Positions 12,651 through 23,855 of a stretch of 64,000 nt of DNA are shown piece by piece. Made by a program: the position numbers and the translations under genes. Position 1 is the stretch's first letter, and every line of letters begins with the position of its first letter. Below the pieces are notes generated by a model. That model was given only the letters and a program-made list of their open reading frames with translations, searched no databases and was not told the origin of the DNA. The stretch spans positions 1,021,717 through 1,085,716 of the forward strand of contig MU056898.1 of NCBI GenBank assembly GCA_013239625.1. The letters run 5' to 3'. This stretch comes from Lama guanicoe. Lineage: Eukaryota.

Positions 12651-13534
12651 AGGGCTGTCCCCGGGGCTAGTCCTTCATGGCCAGAAGCAGAGACCACGAG
12701 TGGATGTAGACTCCGGTGTGACCACAGAGTCCTGTGACACGCCTTTCGGAAATACCGCACGTGCGATGTGAAAAAAATGTCCCTGCAAAAAAATCAAACC
12801 GTAGAGAATTGAAGTGAAAGTTCTTCACACCTCTCTGCCTTTTCTAATTCCATCCAGAATTAATTAGTATTAACGGTGTGGTAAAAGCCCTCTTAGGCGG
12901 TGCTTGTGTGTGTGGACGTTTGACGTGCGTACAAATGGCTGCGGTCCGGCCTGATTTGCTCTCCTTTGAGCTGCCCTGTGTGAGGTTGCTGGTGTTGCTC
13001 TTTAATAGCTGTCTGTTACTCCATCGCAGGGAGGCACACAGTTTACATACCACGTCCCTTTTAGTGTACACTGCCGTTGTTTCCAGTTTCCTTGATGTTG
13101 TGTTTGATTTCTGCCTTGTGCACTTAAAAAGAAAGAAAGGTGCTGCCTTAAATCACGGTGCTGTTCAGGACTGAGTACCTGAGGTAACACTGCTTCCGGT
13201 CCTCCTGTCTCGCTCGCTGCCCTGGTGGCTTTCGGGCTCTCAGCCATCCCTTCTACGTGATCTGGGGCTCCCGGACGCTGCCCGCCTGGCCCCAGGGCTC
13301 ACGAAGCCTCCTGGAGGTGAAGATGGGGGGAAACGTTCCTGCTTCTGTCCTTGCTGGGGCGCGAGCCCCCATCCCACTCGCTGGCTTCCTGGGATTAAAG
13401 GTGGTTTCTGCTTTCAGAAACCTAAAAGCATGCCAGGTGACTTCAAAGAAGACCTGTGTGTTGCTCGACCTTGTTTCACTTGCTTTGACAGTGGCATCAG
13501 TGTGGCCTTTAAGGAAAAAAAAAACTTTTTCAAT

Positions 13535-14385
13535 TCCTTTTAAAATGTTTAATTGAGAATAAATGCATACAGTGAAATGGACGGACCTTAAGTTTGAGAA
13601 CGTGTCGCCCATTCGTCAGCACCTGTGTGAAGTTTAGGAAGTTCCCATGACCTCAGGAATTTCCCTCTGTCTCTTCCAGTCACTTGCTACTGTCGTGAAG
13701 CGTCTGATTCAGCGCTTCTCAGTGTGCTCCTCGGACTGTGCGCCTGGAGCCACCCGGGTTCCAGAACATTTTCATGCCCCCCCCCAAGACACCCTGTACC
13801 TGGTTGCAGCCCCTCCCTGTTCTGCTTCCCCGAGGTCTCGGCCGAGGCTCTGCTCTCTCTGGGTGGATCTGCCTGCTCTGGGTATTTCGTGCAAATGGAA
13901 TCACACCCCACGTAGCCTTTGTGTCTGCCTTCTCTCACGTGGTGTAATCTTGCCAGAGTTCATCCATGTCGCAGTGCCTCCACGCTTCATTCCTTTTCAT
14001 GGGGGAATGACAGTCCGTTGGATGGATACACTGCATTTTGTTTATCTGTTCGGCGGCTGACAGGCCTTTGGGTTGTTTCCAGTTTGGCAGTTATGAATGA
14101 CACTGCTGTGAGCGTTGCTGTGCAGGTTTCTGTGTGGACATGTGTTTTCAGCTCTCTTGGGAGTGGAATTCCTAAGGTGGGATCTCTAGGTATATGGTAA
14201 CTTCGGAGGGATTGCCACACTGTCCCCCGCAGTGGCTGCACCATTTTAGTTCCCACCGCCAGTGTGCAAGGGTTCTGGTTTCTTCACAGCCTCGCCAACA
14301 CTTGTTTCATCTGTCTTTCTGATTCCAGCTGACTTGCTGGGTGTGAAGTGATCTCTCACTGTGATTTAGAATTGCATTTCCTACG
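13535..14385 (-). mobile_element. L1MB/L1MC 3' end fragments
   Basis: ttccagaacattttcat, caaatggaatcaca, gggttgtttccagtttggcagttatgaatgacactgctgtgagc, gtggctgcaccattttagttcccacc. Confidence 0.85.
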
Positions 14386-14779
14386 GCTTGACTGACTGAG
14401 TAGACCTCAGCGGCCACACAAACAAAGGTACAGACTACGGCCTGCTTGCCAGAGGTGCCGCTCGGTCTTCTTTGAACCGTCCAGTTTTCAACAGAAGTCC
14501 CCGGGCATGCAATGAAACAAAATATAGCTCACGTGCAGGGCAAAGAGCAATCAGTGGAAATAGAGAATGTCAGTAAAAGAAATCATGAAAAGGAAGCAGG
14601 CGGCAGCCCCACGGTCGCCGAGTGCAGTTGCGGGAGGGAAGCGTGCGGCCGAGGCGGGCGGGGCTGGGCCCAGGATGGCTCCACTGACCATCCCAACCCC
14701 CGAGGCACAGAGACTGAAGCAGGACCAAGAGGGGGCAGGTGCTGTCGCGTGTGCTGGAGGGCCTGCCCAGGACGGTCAT

Positions 14780-14935
14780 GCGAGGGGAGGAGGTGACAGA
14801 CCTCCAGACCTCCCTGTGTGCCAGTGACCTGGTTTTGCGTGCAGGAAACCTCTTGGACACACCACAGTCATTAGAAGTGATAACTGAGTTCAGCAGAATG
14901 GCCGGATTCAAGGTCAATGTGTAAAAAATCTGCAC
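14780..14935 (+). mobile_element. L1 ORF2 reverse-transcriptase fragment, sense orientation
   Basis: The translation GEEV..SLCASDLVLRAGNLLDTPQSLEVITEFSRMAGFKVNV is a degenerate form of L1 [38 protein letters not shown]. Confidence 0.75.
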
Positions 14936-15109
14936 TGGCTGCGAACAATCTGGTAAAAGTGATTATCCGCAGAGAGATTTTTGTCCAGTTTTTTTGCTTG
15001 CCTTCCTGTCTTTGTTTTGGGTGCCCCAGAGAAAGCCCAACTTCCTTGCCAGTTGCATATTCTTATTACAAAACCTCACCAGACCTCTCACATTTGGAAA
15101 TTATCATAG

Positions 15110-16000
15110 TAAGTTCACTGTAGCCATTCTCAGCGGCATTTCTTGATTTTGATGAAATGCATTCATCAGTTTTTTCTTTGATAGTTAATGGTTTTTATGC
15201 TGTAAGGTATCTTCTCCCATTTCGTGGTTGCAAATGAATTTTCCTGTGTTTTCTTCTAGAATTTTCTACTTTGACATTTTGTGGACAGGATGGTGAGCCA
15301 TGTCGTGTGAGGTCTGAAGTGGGGGTCGAGGTTCTTTTCTTTTCCCTTGCTCTTATCAGGCGTTAGCACTGTGTTTGGAAAAGTTACTCTTTTCCCTTCG
15401 AACAGGTTTGTTATTACTATCGAGTAAACTGAGCACGTGCGTGGCGGTCTGTTTCTGGATCCTGTTTTATTCTGCTGACACGTCCTGTCCTCACGCCAGT
15501 GCTATCCTTTCTTGATTGCTGGGGCTTCACGGTGAGTCTTAGCTCGAGCACTGCAAGTCTTGTCCATTTGTTTTCCTTTCCTGGTATTGTGGGCTGTTAA
15601 AGATTCACTTGCTCTTCTGTATAATGTTTCATAAATAGATCATCAGTATCTGCAGAAATCCCTGTTGTGACTTGTATTGATTTTATTTTTTTATATCTAG
15701 GTTTTTTTTCAATTTTTTTGTTGGGGGAGGTAATTCGATTTTTATTTATTTATTTGTTTTTAGTGGAAGTACTGGGGATTGAACCTGGGACCTCGTGCAT
15801 GCTAGGCATGTGCTCCACCGCTGACCTATGTCCTCCCCTTGTATTGATTTTTGAACTGAATTTATAGATCAGTTTGGAGAGAGTTGACATCTTAACGATA
15901 TTGACCTTTTAGTTCATGGTATGTCTCTCCATTCATTTCATTTTTACAGCAATAGTTTGTAATTTTAAATACAATGGTCTTGTAGATTGTGTTTATCTGT
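15110..16000 (-). mobile_element. Old L1 ORF2 fragments hosting a SINE insertion
   Basis: tttcctgtgttttcttctagaattt...tgaatttatagatcagtttggagagagttgacatcttaacgatattga. Confidence 0.7.
15685..15838 (-). mobile_element. Camelid tRNA-derived SINE (Vic-1 type) with 13-bp TSD
   Basis: Reverse strand reads GGGGAGGACATAGGTCAGCGGTGGAGCACATGCCTAGCATGCACGAGGTCCCAGGTTCAATCCCCAGTACTTCC with A/B boxes, an A-rich tail and an AATTACCTCCCCC motif. TSD ttgtattgatttt at 15672-15684 and 15839-15851. Confidence 0.88.
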
Positions 16001-16934
16001 TCGTCTAGAGGTGTTGTGTGTTTTATTTGACTCAGTAATTAATGAAGGAGCTAGTAAGGTCTTACAGCTGGTCTGAAGGAGAAGCATGTGTTTGTCATCA
16101 GAAGGACCGCTGGGGTTAATTTAATAGAGACGCAGGCGGGGGCGGGGAAGCTGTCAGTGTCCAGAGGGCAGGAGGCAGCAGTGTGTACGGGCCAGAACTT
16201 GTATTTCTGTGGACACAAGTCATTTGCATCGCTCTCAGTTTTCTTTGACTTACCAACGTGTAAAGCAGCTTGCAGATGAAGAGAGAAATGAGCTTAATGG
16301 TGGACAGGACACGTCATCTTTTTTCTGCCCATTTAAGGTTTTTCCCTTTGCCTCCCTTTTTTGATTTTAGCAGTCTCAAAGATTATCTTGATCGCAAAGT
16401 AAGGCTGACCTGGGTCAGCCGTGTTGTTTATGTACGTTTGCTAGGACTGTTAGTCTATCATGGAGGCCTTCTTTTTGGCTTTGCAAGATCCTTGAGCCAC
16501 AGGGTTGCGATCATTTACAAAATTAATTTCTCTCTGGAAATTTACATGAGGCATGTCAGATTGGATTTTCAGAAGCTCCTATTACTTGCTTTCTCAAGGG
16601 TCGGAAACCAAGCCCCGTAAATTGTGGCCACCAGATTGTACCTCCCATTACTGCACATTCCAGCGGATTCCTCTCTTCTTGACGTCCTCCAAATATCCGA
16701 AGTCCCCTAGCTTTCCTGCAAGTGAGCTCAGCACCCGTGGGACCGGGACCCTGAAAGCCAGGTGCCAGGCTGCTTTCCTGGGGGCTTGTTGGCACTGGCT
16801 CTGGGAACACCTTTGAACGTGGTTTGCTGGGCCCTGTCGACTGAGCGTTGTCTCAGGGGGGACGTCCCGAGTGCGGCACTGGCTGCGTGCCTTGCCTGCT
16901 GCTCTCCTCTTAAGAGGACGGGGAGATCCTCGTT

Positions 16935-17500
16935 GAGCTTTCCTAGAACTGAAGACACTGTTTCAGACTGAAAGTGCCTGTCCAGCGGGATGGAAGGGAA
17001 CACCCCTGAGGCATGTTACTGTGAAATTTCAGAATGTTAGCAAGGAGGTGGGTCCTGGAAGCTTCCTGAAGGATGAAAAGAGGTGACGTACAAATCGAGA
17101 ATCAGAGTCACTTCCTCTGAACAGCAGCGTTGGCGCCTTGCGGAGAGCAGTGCCTTCCAGAGTCTGCAGGAAGGTAATTTTCACCCTAAGAGTTCTGTGC
17201 CAGTCAAACTCACAGTTCTGTGGGAGGGCGGGCTAAAGGTATTTTGGGATTTGCGGAGTCAAAAAAAATGTATCTTCCTCATACCCTTTTCCAGAAAGCT
17301 ACTGTAGGTTGCATTTTACTTAAAAAAAAAAAGTAAAAGAGGAAGGACTTGGACATGGGGGCGCGACTGTCAGTGACAGGAGGGAGTGACAGCTGTGCAG
17401 CAGGGAGGAGGGGCTTCAGTCCATGAGCAGGAAGGAGGGGTCCGGGGAAGACTTCCTCTTGAAGACAGCTTGACCGGTGGCCTGATCGTCTGGTGACTTG
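16935..17500 (+). mobile_element. HAL1 / old L1 ORF1 fragment
   Basis: ORF 17083-17307 (TYKSRIRV..AFQSLQEGNFHPKSSVPVKLTVLWEGGLKVFWD..PFSRKLL) resembles the L1 ORF1p C-terminal domain. The downstream gacagctgtgcagcagg is HAL1-like. Confidence 0.7.
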
Positions 17501-18949
17501 AGAGATCTGGGTCTGGAGCTCAGGGTGAAATTGGCGATGAGGCAAAAGGCACAGGAAGAGGTGAGGGGAGCGATTACCAGCTGCCGTGAGGGCTCCTGGC
17601 TGGCCGGTGGCTACGGCGGGCCCGCGTGGTGCAGCATCTGCCCACACTCAGAAGTAGCTGTGATTTGTAGCTCGCAGTGCATTCGCCATGTTCTTGGTAA
17701 CATTCAGTATCTGTCCCAGGCTGCATGACTTGAGGAAGGTCATGCTTACAGGGGGCCAAGACCTGGGACCGGTGCTGCTTGGTCAGCGAAACAAGAAGGC
17801 CGCGTGTGTCCTGAGGAGACGGGCAGATCCCGGGGACCGGGCTGCCCTGAGTTTGGCGACGCTATGTAGAGCAGAGGGTGCCACAACAGTGGGCCCATTG
17901 AGATCTGCCCCGGGCCTTCTGAAGGCCTGATGCGTTTGTGGTGGAGGCTCGGGCTTAGGGAGATGAGCACGCAGCCAGGCCTGGCCGGTGCTGTTTGGAC
18001 ACCCCTGGCTGGTGTCCTTGCGTTCAGGGTGTGGGGACTTGGCCCTATCCTTACTGCTCCAGACAACCTGGGGCACATGGGGTAGTACGTCCTTTCTGCC
18101 CCGGAGCCCCGCCCCCGCCCCGGAGCCCCGCGTTCCTGTGACGTACAGCCTGTCTGTCTCACAAGGAGGAGAACACACAGTTGCCACCGGCACCTCCAGG
18201 CCCAGGATGCGTCTTCCTCAGTCTCTTCGTCTCTCCCCACATCCCAGGGGCCGGCAGAGGCGTCTGGCGGCGTGGGCTGTCTTGGAGGAAGAACTTGGGC
18301 AGCCGTGCCCTCCTGGGCGTGGTCTGTTCTCTGCCCAGAGGACACTGGGCCAGGGGAGGTGCGGTGAGAGCGGCCCTCACAGGAGGAGGTAGGACCCCCT
18401 TAGCAGCTGCTGGGGACATGGCTGCCAGAGACGCATTTTCGCATCTGTGAATTGGCTGTAACATCACCCGTCTTTGCTTGCGATTCTTGGTGCCTTGTTC
18501 CCTTGAGACCTAAGTTCTAATGATGTAATTTGGGATGTAGTGGTTTGACTTTGGACCCTAAAGGTTTCTTGAACCTAATACCTCGAGTATGTGCAGCGGG
18601 AGAAGTAGAGGGAAGGTGCCTTCCATGTCATCTTGGAAAAAATCACCTCTGCTTTCATCCACTCTTACACTGGCTGTGAACACGGGTACATCTGTGAGTG
18701 CCACCTGAGCCCCGACCCCCGTCATGGCCCGGGGACCAGTGCTGATGGTCTGTGTTCTTGTGACCTGCGTGGGCGGGCCCCATCTCCGGGCCTGCGGGGA
18801 TCGCGGCACCCGTCCTGCCGTGAGGGTGGCGGCCGGGGGCTGGCGATGCCCTGTAGCCTCATGCTCTGGGTCTTAGCAGATCACGTCAGTAACAGTTCAT
18901 GTTGATAAATGTTTTTCTTGACAACACAGTGGAGCAACATAGCTGCAGA

Positions 18950-19340
18950 ACTGTTTTTAATTTTATTTCACAAAGGATGTTCTTTACAAAGTAGTAAAAG
19001 ACAGATAGAAAAGAGAACCAGTCGCTCGCAGTCCCAGCCCCGAGAGGTCCGCGCTCTTCCGAGCCTCCTGCTGACCTGTCCCGGCCTTCACCCTCCGCAC
19101 GTGGACTTTCAGAAATGGCTCCAAGCCCATGGCTGTGTAGCCTTACCTTCGGTGTCATGACCTTAGTACCCGTGTCTAAAAACACGTGTGGCCTCCTCTG
19201 TAAAGGCCCCAGGGGCCATCCTGTGGATGTCCCGCCATTGCCCTGCCGTTGAGATATTCAGGCTGTCTCTAGTTCTTCCGGTTATTAACAGCATGAACGT
19301 TTGGGACACGTCTCTTTTTAAAGCAAATAGGACCGTGCCT
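18950..19340 (-). mobile_element. Degraded L1ME-like 3' fragment
   Basis: ttgagatattcaggctgtctctagttcttccggttattaacagc resembles an antisense L1 3'UTR. Confidence 0.45.
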
Positions 19341-21519
19341 TTCTGCACTTAAGCCCCCCAGTTGCGTGCCAGCACACTTGGGGGGAAACCCTGGGTCTTT
19401 CCCACACCGTAGGGGCTGCACGTGCTGGCCTCTGCTCTCGGCCCCCAACTCTGGCTTGCCTTGACTTCTCGAGAGCTCCCCTCGTACGTTTGGGCCTCAG
19501 GGACGCTCTGCATGGAAGCTCTGCCTTGCTGGGCGGCTCTCCTACCTCGTTCTTGTCGCCGCGGACAGGTTCCTAGGACACTTCATTTTTGGAAACAGAA
19601 TCTTCTGTCGGGATGAAAGGTCCTGTTCGCCGTGTCCCAGGCCTTCAGTGTGGATAGACTGAAGCTGGAAAGGTGCGATAACTTGCCCAGGGCTGCTCAG
19701 CCAGCCGGGGGCCCCCTCGGGGACCTGCTGCTTTGCCAAGGGTCTGAGACCTCTCTCCGGCAGGTTTGGAGCACCTCACTGGTGAGGACGCCTCCTCTGG
19801 GGTCTCGCCGCAGCCCTTTGTTCCCACGTCGCTTTGGACTGCGTCCCTAGAAGCTGACTCGGCCCTCAGCCCCCTTCTTGCTGTGCAGCTGTGCAGTCTG
19901 CTGCCTCTGCTGCAAGGGGCCTCGTGGGTGGGCTGGCGGGGTCTGCGCTGCCGGTCACGTCCGCACTGCCTGTCACATCCGCGAGGGCTGAGCCAGGGCG
20001 GGAGCGGGGCCCTGAAGGCGCCTCATAGGCTGTGGGGACAGGCACTGGTTCAGGTGCCCGCTCCCACACACCTGCTGCCCAGGGTGTGACACACCTGCAG
20101 TCGTCTCCATGTTTACCTTCTGCCTGTGGTGCTGCGAGTGGTTTGACGTCCCGAGCTCGCGTGGGCCTTTCCTGTGTCACCTTGGCTGTGTGAGCTGCCA
20201 TTGCTTCCTCTGTGTGCTCTGCGGATTCCAGCTTGGGTGTCCACCCCAACGGCTGTTCTCGTGGGCGGCGGCTCTGCCTCTTTCTGCTGGAGGCCCTCGT
20301 CACTGGGGCTCATCTCTGGAGGAAGGCCCCAGCTCCGGCCAGACCTGGCTCTGCTCAGATCTCTCCCCTGGCTCGCGGCTTTGCTCCACTTGTGGGGGGA
20401 CCTGCACCGGGTGGGCCCAGGCCGGCAGCGCGCTCACCTCCTGGAGGTGGCCTGCTTGTGTCCAGTTACGTCCTAAGCCACCTGCTCACCACCACTGTTC
20501 TGAGCTCCTGGCTGAAGGCCTGTTTGGGGCCGTTACCCAGCCTTCTTTTTCAATGTTTGAAGCATTCAAAAGATCAACTTTTCCAAAGGGTGAGGGAACA
20601 GGGAGAGAAAATGATGGCATTTGTTTGAAAGGTTCTCAGAGCTTTTTTTAGCTCAAACAGTTCAAAGAGCGCCTCTTGTTAATCAGAGGACTATTCCAGC
20701 CTCCCTGGGGTGGTCACACTGGCTTAATTGGAGCCCAGGCTGCTTTGAAGTCCTTTTAATCCTGCCTGAACTGGGAGGAAGCATTCGAAGGCAGCAACTG
20801 TAAATTCGAAATTTCTTCATTTTATTTACACGTGTCTGGGGACCCATGTAATTCATTTCCATGAAGTGGTTTGGCTGAGTTGCTGCTGGTGGGCAGGAGG
20901 GTGAGGTCCGGATTCGATGGTGCTGGAGCGGGAGGCTGGTGCCTGCTTCTCTGGCGGTCACTGCGCCCAGGTCAGGGCTGCAGCAGCGTGCGTGCCTGGA
21001 CGGAAGTGGCTGGGCGGCCGGCACTGCTGACTCGGCCGGGACTTTGCTTGCTGGCGTGGAGATTCCGCACACGAGGGGGCTTGTGGTTGTACCAAAGTCA
21101 TCGAAGGAGTGAACCCTGACCGTCCCCGCTGACTCTGGGGCCTCCTCTTCCACGGAGACGTGCGCAGCTCTCCGGCCACTGACTGGAGGCCTCGCTGACT
21201 GCAGACGGAGCTGGTCGCAGGCTCGTGCCGATTGGCCGCACGCGCCGCGGCCCTGTTTCCGCGGCCTGGCCCTTAGCCCGTCGTTTCCCTCCCCTCCTCT
21301 CCTCCCCCGCAGAGTGGTTTATGGACCTTGATTCTGCCCTTGAGGAGATGTGCTGCCTCATTTTGTGCTGCCCAGTGACTGGCAGGCACCTCTGTGATCG
21401 CTGAGGCGCTGGACGGGCCCAGGGTGCCGGGCCATGTGCCGGGTGGCTCCACCCCAGCTGAGACGGGCCAGTGGGTCTTCGGGTGATTGCTGGAGCCCTG
21501 CCGGCCGCTCTGCTGTCCA

Positions 21520-21544
21520 GGGGCGGGGCGGGGCGGGGCGGGGC
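21520..21544 (+). repeat. (GGGGC)5 microsatellite; tandem GC boxes and G-quadruplex motif
   Basis: Read directly from the sequence. Confidence 0.92.
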
Positions 21545-22399
21545 TTGGATGTGACCCGCTGACACCGGGCAGTCTTCACTGAGCTGTTCTCTTTGTCCTT
21601 GGACCTCCTTGTGTTCATCAGCATGTCGGGAACCGGGCCTGGAGGTGCTGAGATTCACCTTGGGCCTCCTCTGGAACGAGGCTGGGGGTGGATGAGTGTT
21701 CTCATAATACACCATGTACTTATACAGCAATCTATGGCTCAGAGGTGGAAATGTTAATTTATGTAAATCTCATTCTTAGCGAATTCATGCTGGTGACTAG
21801 TTGCTGACACTTTGCTTTCTAATTGGACACAGACATCATTTTGTTTATATGTTCTGTAATATCGCCTGTGATTCATAGTCATAGTATAATCCTCTTCCAA
21901 AACGAGTCCTTCGTCTGCAGTATTCTCGGGACAGCCCCGCGCGGGGGGCGCTGCTGTTACGTTCATTTTCCTGAGGAGGGAACTGAAGTTGGGGGAGGTT
22001 AATGATTGTCCGGGGTCGCTTACCTAGTAGTGAGTGGAGCTAGAATCTGCGCTGTTCCCTGCTTGTGCTGCCTCTGTGGTTGGTGGGATCTGCCCTTGGG
22101 GCCCGTCACCCACCTGCACTTCGTCTCTGCTTCTTATGGAAAGTGGGGTGGCTGCTCTCTTAATTGCCTCTCGCGATTGGCCAGTACCCTTCATTCTTTC
22201 TCTTGATATTCTGTTGGATTTCTGCAGCACAGCAGATGCTTGGGGCGTAGGCTATTCCTAATTCTTTTTTTTAACACTTTGAAATGCGTTATCCATAGAA
22301 GAGAAGACTGGATACAGCCCTCTCTGAACCCACTCTGAGGTTAAGAGCAGTTTCTTTGGTCACCTGTTGACCTCCCTCCCGGTCCTTCTCCCACCTCCA

Positions 22400-23200
22400 A
22401 GACCAGACCCTGCTTGTTGTGGGATGTGCCATCAGCTGTAGCACTGGCTGGCTCGGCACTCCCAGGGGGTGGCGCTGGTCCCTCTGACCCAGGGGGTGGC
22501 GCTGGTCCCTCTGACCCAGGGGGTGGTGCTGGTCCGTCCAACCCGACCCAGGGGGTGGCGCTGGTCCCTCTGACCCAGGGGGTGGTGCTGGTCCGTCCAA
22601 CCCGACCCAGGGGGTGGCGCTGGTCCCTCTGACCCAGGGGGTGGTGCTGGTCCGTCCAACCCGACCCAGGGGGTGGCGCTGGTCCCTCTGACCCAGGGGG
22701 TGGTGCTGGTACGTCTGAGATGTGCCTGTTTCTGCCTGTTGTACGTGTTACTGTCATTACATAATTTAATTGAATATGGTAGAGTCTGGAGAAAAATAAA
22801 TGTGTGAAAAAAACAATGTTTCTGTGAAAACAAAGTTGAATGGTTTGGAAAGTCTCAAAGGAAAATTGCCTTTAAAAAAGCTATTGCATAACAGCAAATT
22901 GACTGTAAAAGATCAGCAGAAGAAGTTGTAAAATTTAGGAAGAGCGCAGGTGTCCGTTTTAAAGAAACAAAGCCAAAGTCATAGATTGTGTTTTGTGAGT
23001 TTATGCAAAAGATATAAGATGAAACTCGGGTTAGTGGGCCCATATTTGAAGAAGCAGCTTGGGGAATGAGTGTGTATTTATAATATTTTAAGTTAAGAGA
23101 TTTGAGAGATACATATGTATCTAATATTCGATTCCCTACTTGAACCAACTTTCGGGATCGATGACCAGTCTTGATTATTTCAGATAGGAATCCTGTTAGT
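22400..23200 (+). mobile_element. Tigger13a-like (TcMar-Tigger) fossil
   Basis: From 22818 the + strand translates VSVKTKLNGLESLKGKLPLKKLLHNSKLTVKDQQKK, resembling the N-terminal HTH of pogo/Tigger/CENP-B-type transposases. The flanks (attacataatttaatt; gattccctacttgaaccaacttt) resemble the recalled Tigger13a consensus. Confidence 0.65.
22461..22710. repeat. Minisatellite of 27-bp (A) and 32-bp (B) units in the order A A B A B A B A B(partial)
   Basis: A = cccagggggtggcgctggtccctctga at 22461, 22488, 22547, 22606, 22665. B = cccagggggtggtgctggtccgtccaacccga at 22515, 22574, 22633, with a partial copy at 22692. Copies are identical within each class. Confidence 0.97.
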
Positions 23201-23339
23201 GATATATGTTTGCCCCATTTATGATGCAAATTATTCTCACTACACTTAGCTAAAAACATCATTTAGGAATAATATAAGATTGTTTCATTATAAGTGGGTA
23301 TAATTAGATTTTTATGCATTAATTCATCATGGAATAATT

Positions 23340-23780
23340 GCTTTCTTTTTTAAAAAAGTTTTATGTAGCGTCTGATCCTGTAGTATAAGTTTATAATGCC
23401 AAGTTTTAAAAAACTCCTTTCTGAATAGGTATTATATTTCCTTGGTATAAAGGTTAAAATTTTGGAAGACGGTATCTGTGATAAGTCTCCTGTCCCGTTT
23501 TCATTCTCTCCACGGGAAGCAGCTGCTCCGTCTTGTTTATCTTCCAGACGTTTCTTAGGCAGGTGTAAGCCAGTATAAGCACCCGCATTCACCTTCTGCT
23601 TCCACACGAGAGGCCGCCTGGTAGACTTCTGCTTGCCTCCTGCGCTCTCACCTAGCAGCGCGTGCCTCCCTGTGGGGCCTTCCCCGTGGGGCCGCGGGGA
23701 GAGTCTTCTCTTCCTTTCATTTTATACACATTGCATTGTGTGGATGGACTGTATTTAACCAGTGATACTAAACTCCTGAT
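23340..23780 (-). mobile_element. L1ME-like 3' UTR fragment
   Basis: ttgtttatcttccagacgtttcttaggca...cattgcattgtgtggatggactgtatttaaccag. Confidence 0.55.
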
Positions 23781-23855
23781 TCTGCGGTCTGAGTTCAAGC
23801 CTGGGTAGAATTTAGCTGGATAGTTACTGTTCTGGAAAGACACCATGACTTCTCG

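Noticed and set aside
15760-15838. tRNA-like sequence with A and B boxes
   Set aside because: It is the head of a SINE with an A-rich tail and TSD, and it lacks an intact cloverleaf.
22461-22710. Repeat array superficially like a CRISPR array, and its Pro/Gly-rich repeat ORFs
   Set aside because: There are no unique spacers, units abut directly, no cas genes are present and the context is mammalian. The ORFs are just translations of the VNTR.
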